A DNA stretch of 64,000 bases from Macrostomum hystrix (lineage: Eukaryota > Animalia > Platyhelminthes). Location: the NCBI GenBank assembly GCA_950097015.1, contig CATNEN010000038.1:23312001-23376000 (forward strand), written 5' to 3'. Both the position numbers and the translations under genes were made by a program. Each line of letters opens with the position of its first letter. The stretch's first letter is position 1. The notes beneath the pieces were generated by a model, which saw only the letters and a list, made by a program, of their open reading frames with translations, did not search any database and was not told the origin of the DNA. Shown piece by piece: positions 62,501 through 64,000 of the stretch.

Positions 62501-63126
62501 CTGTCAGTCTTAACTATACTTTGCCGCCGCATGCCATTCAAAGAATCTTAATGCCCGGCTCAACTTCCGCCGCCGCCTCCGCCGCGACCTCGGCTGGCAT
62601 TGTCGGCGGCTCCAGCTCCGCTTTCGTGCCGGTGCAGCAGCAGCAGCGTCTGGTGCAGGAGACCGGCGAACACAACGACAGAGATCCATCCGATGCGGAG
62701 TCGCCCGAACTGGGCCCTGAGGAGCCGCAGCTAGTCAACGATGATTACATTGACGACGATGAATCCAGCTGCGAATCGTCTGCCGTTTCTCTGCAACGTC
62801 GGCGTCAGCAGCAGCAGTTGCTGTTGAAGCAGCAGCACCAGCAGCAATCGTCATCTTCTTCAGCAGCCGCCGCTGGCGCCTCCGGTTCAGGTGGCGGCAG
62901 AATCGCAGGCGCCGGCGACCCAGATTATCTGCATCGCAAGCGGCAGAATCGACTATTGAAAAATCGTGAAGCTGCCAGAGTTTGTCGCCAGAAGAAGAAA
63001 GACTATATCAGGTGTTTGGAGAATCGGGTCAGAATGCTCAGCGCTCAGAATCGTCAGCTGATGGAGGAGTTGGAGAAATTCAAAATTATCCTACACGAGC
63101 AGGCATTGGCAGACGGTGAGGCTTAA
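59502..63126 (+). CDS. CREB/CREM/ATF1-family bZIP transcription factor
   Basis: bZIP RKRQNRLLKNREAARVCRQKKKDYIRCLENRVRMLSAQNRQLMEEL. Main exon 62263-63126 follows the acceptor TTCTTTTTACAG in phase 0. Inferred first exon 59502-59570 (MSCLNR...SMQ|GTAAGA). Confidence 0.82.
59579..60149. mobile_element. MITE with about 55-bp imperfect TIRs at the start of the bZIP intron
   Basis: ATTCTTTTCAAATAGTTTGTTAAACAGTTTTTCTGAAAAATTTTATTTCAAAT is inverted at 60093-60145. GTAAGAGG flanks both sides. Confidence 0.6.
60715..60900 (-). mobile_element. Degenerate SINE family B
   Basis: Reverse complement TAGTCTAGTGGTTAGAGC (A box) ... AGTAAGACACA ... CTGTTAAATGGGTAA. Confidence 0.55.
61440..61790 (-). pseudogene. 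P-element/THAP9-like transposase relic in the bZIP intron
   Basis: TAEFFKRLNDLFDLQNS and YVCTCRFTQDHVE match P-superfamily motifs (TAxF...NDLFD.LNS; Y..T.R..QD.LE). A GTAAGT donor follows. Confidence 0.75.
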
Positions 63127-63864
63127 ACTGTGCGAGACGAATTACAAATGCGCCAAATATTATTTTAATGATTATAGCTGTAAACAAAATTTTGAATTTT
63201 ACAATCTAGGAGTTGTGACGGGATGAAGGTTTACGCTTTAAAAATATAGGGATTTATGTCTCTTAAATCTCTAAAGGTATTTTATGAATCAAATATCTAA
63301 TATTGGGATTTTATGATTCCAAGTCTCAAATGTTTGTGATAATGACTCAAATCTGAAATATTAGTAATTTATTTCTTAAGCTCTAAATATTAGAGATCGA
63401 TTCAAATCTAAAAAAATTTAATTTGTTTTCTTAATCATTTTCATTTGATCAGTAAGTTTAAAAGTCTGAAGTTTTCATATTTGATTTTATCCTATCGAAA
63501 TGCTGCAGTAGCGGTTGCTGCTTCATTAAGCCTACCAATATATAAGTGTTTAGTTGCTTCAAAGAAAGTTTAAACAATGTTAGAAACTTATCGAAAAACC
63601 GAAACTACCAATTCTAACCTAAAAGCTTATAGATTTGATGCAGAAATGCACAATAAACTAGCGGTCCAAAACTTTTTTTGTCATAAAATTATATCATTTT
63701 TCAAATAACTATTGCAAGTCATATATTTATAGTTTGCTTGTTGTTTATGTGTCCTCGTTGTCCATAAATGCTTCATGCAGTTTAGAACTGTTTAATAATA
63801 CTCTGCTTAAGAATTATCGTAAGCAACCAGTTTCAAACCCTATGCGTGTAAACTGTCTGGTAAA

Positions 63865-64000
63865 AATCCTGTAAACAAATCTGGTAGAATCCAGTAAACA
63901 AATCTGGTAGAACTCCTGTAAACAAATCTGGTAGAATCCAGTAAACAAATCTGGTAGAACTCCTGTAAACAAATCTGGTAGAACTCCTGTAAACAAATCT
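63865..64000. repeat. 23/24-bp minisatellite running off the window end
   Basis: GTAAACAAATCTGGTAGAATCCA / GTAAACAAATCTGGTAGAACTCCT. Confidence 0.9.

Overview
Eukaryotic (animal) genomic DNA with GT-AG introns, AT-rich introns and intergenic DNA, and GC-richer exons with poly-Q/S/A tracts. The overall style suggests a free-living flatworm such as Macrostomum; this is an inference from composition and repeat types, not proven. Genes reconstructed by hand from splice sites and phase: LASP-like (7 exons, +, with a 15-aa PEVK-like coding repeat), TRMT2A (4 exons, +), FAM172A/ARB2A (4 exons, +), a 71-aa signal-peptide micro-gene absent from the ORF track (2 exons, -), a single-pass membrane protein (+), an ARHGAP19-like RhoGAP (4 exons, -), a 4-TM protein (-), a cluster of three TRAIP-like RING-H2/coiled-coil genes plus a possible relic (-), a PAIP1-like gene (3 exons, +) and a CREB-type bZIP lacking the KID motif (+). 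The 6.7-28.3 kb region holds about 14 different minisatellites in introns and intergenic spacers. The 28.7-62 kb region is instead dominated by interspersed elements: two tRNA-derived SINE families, hAT MITEs with 8-bp TSDs, a Helitron carrying a PIF1 helicase fragment, and RTE LINE, Tc1/mariner and P-element relics. The best leads are the hidden secreted micro-gene, a candidate trans-spliced TRMT2A-FAM172A operon with an AG-free repeat spacer, the minisatellite domain with a shared ATCC motif, the PEVK-like LASP and the diversifying RING cluster. All family assignments come from remembered motifs; no searches were run.
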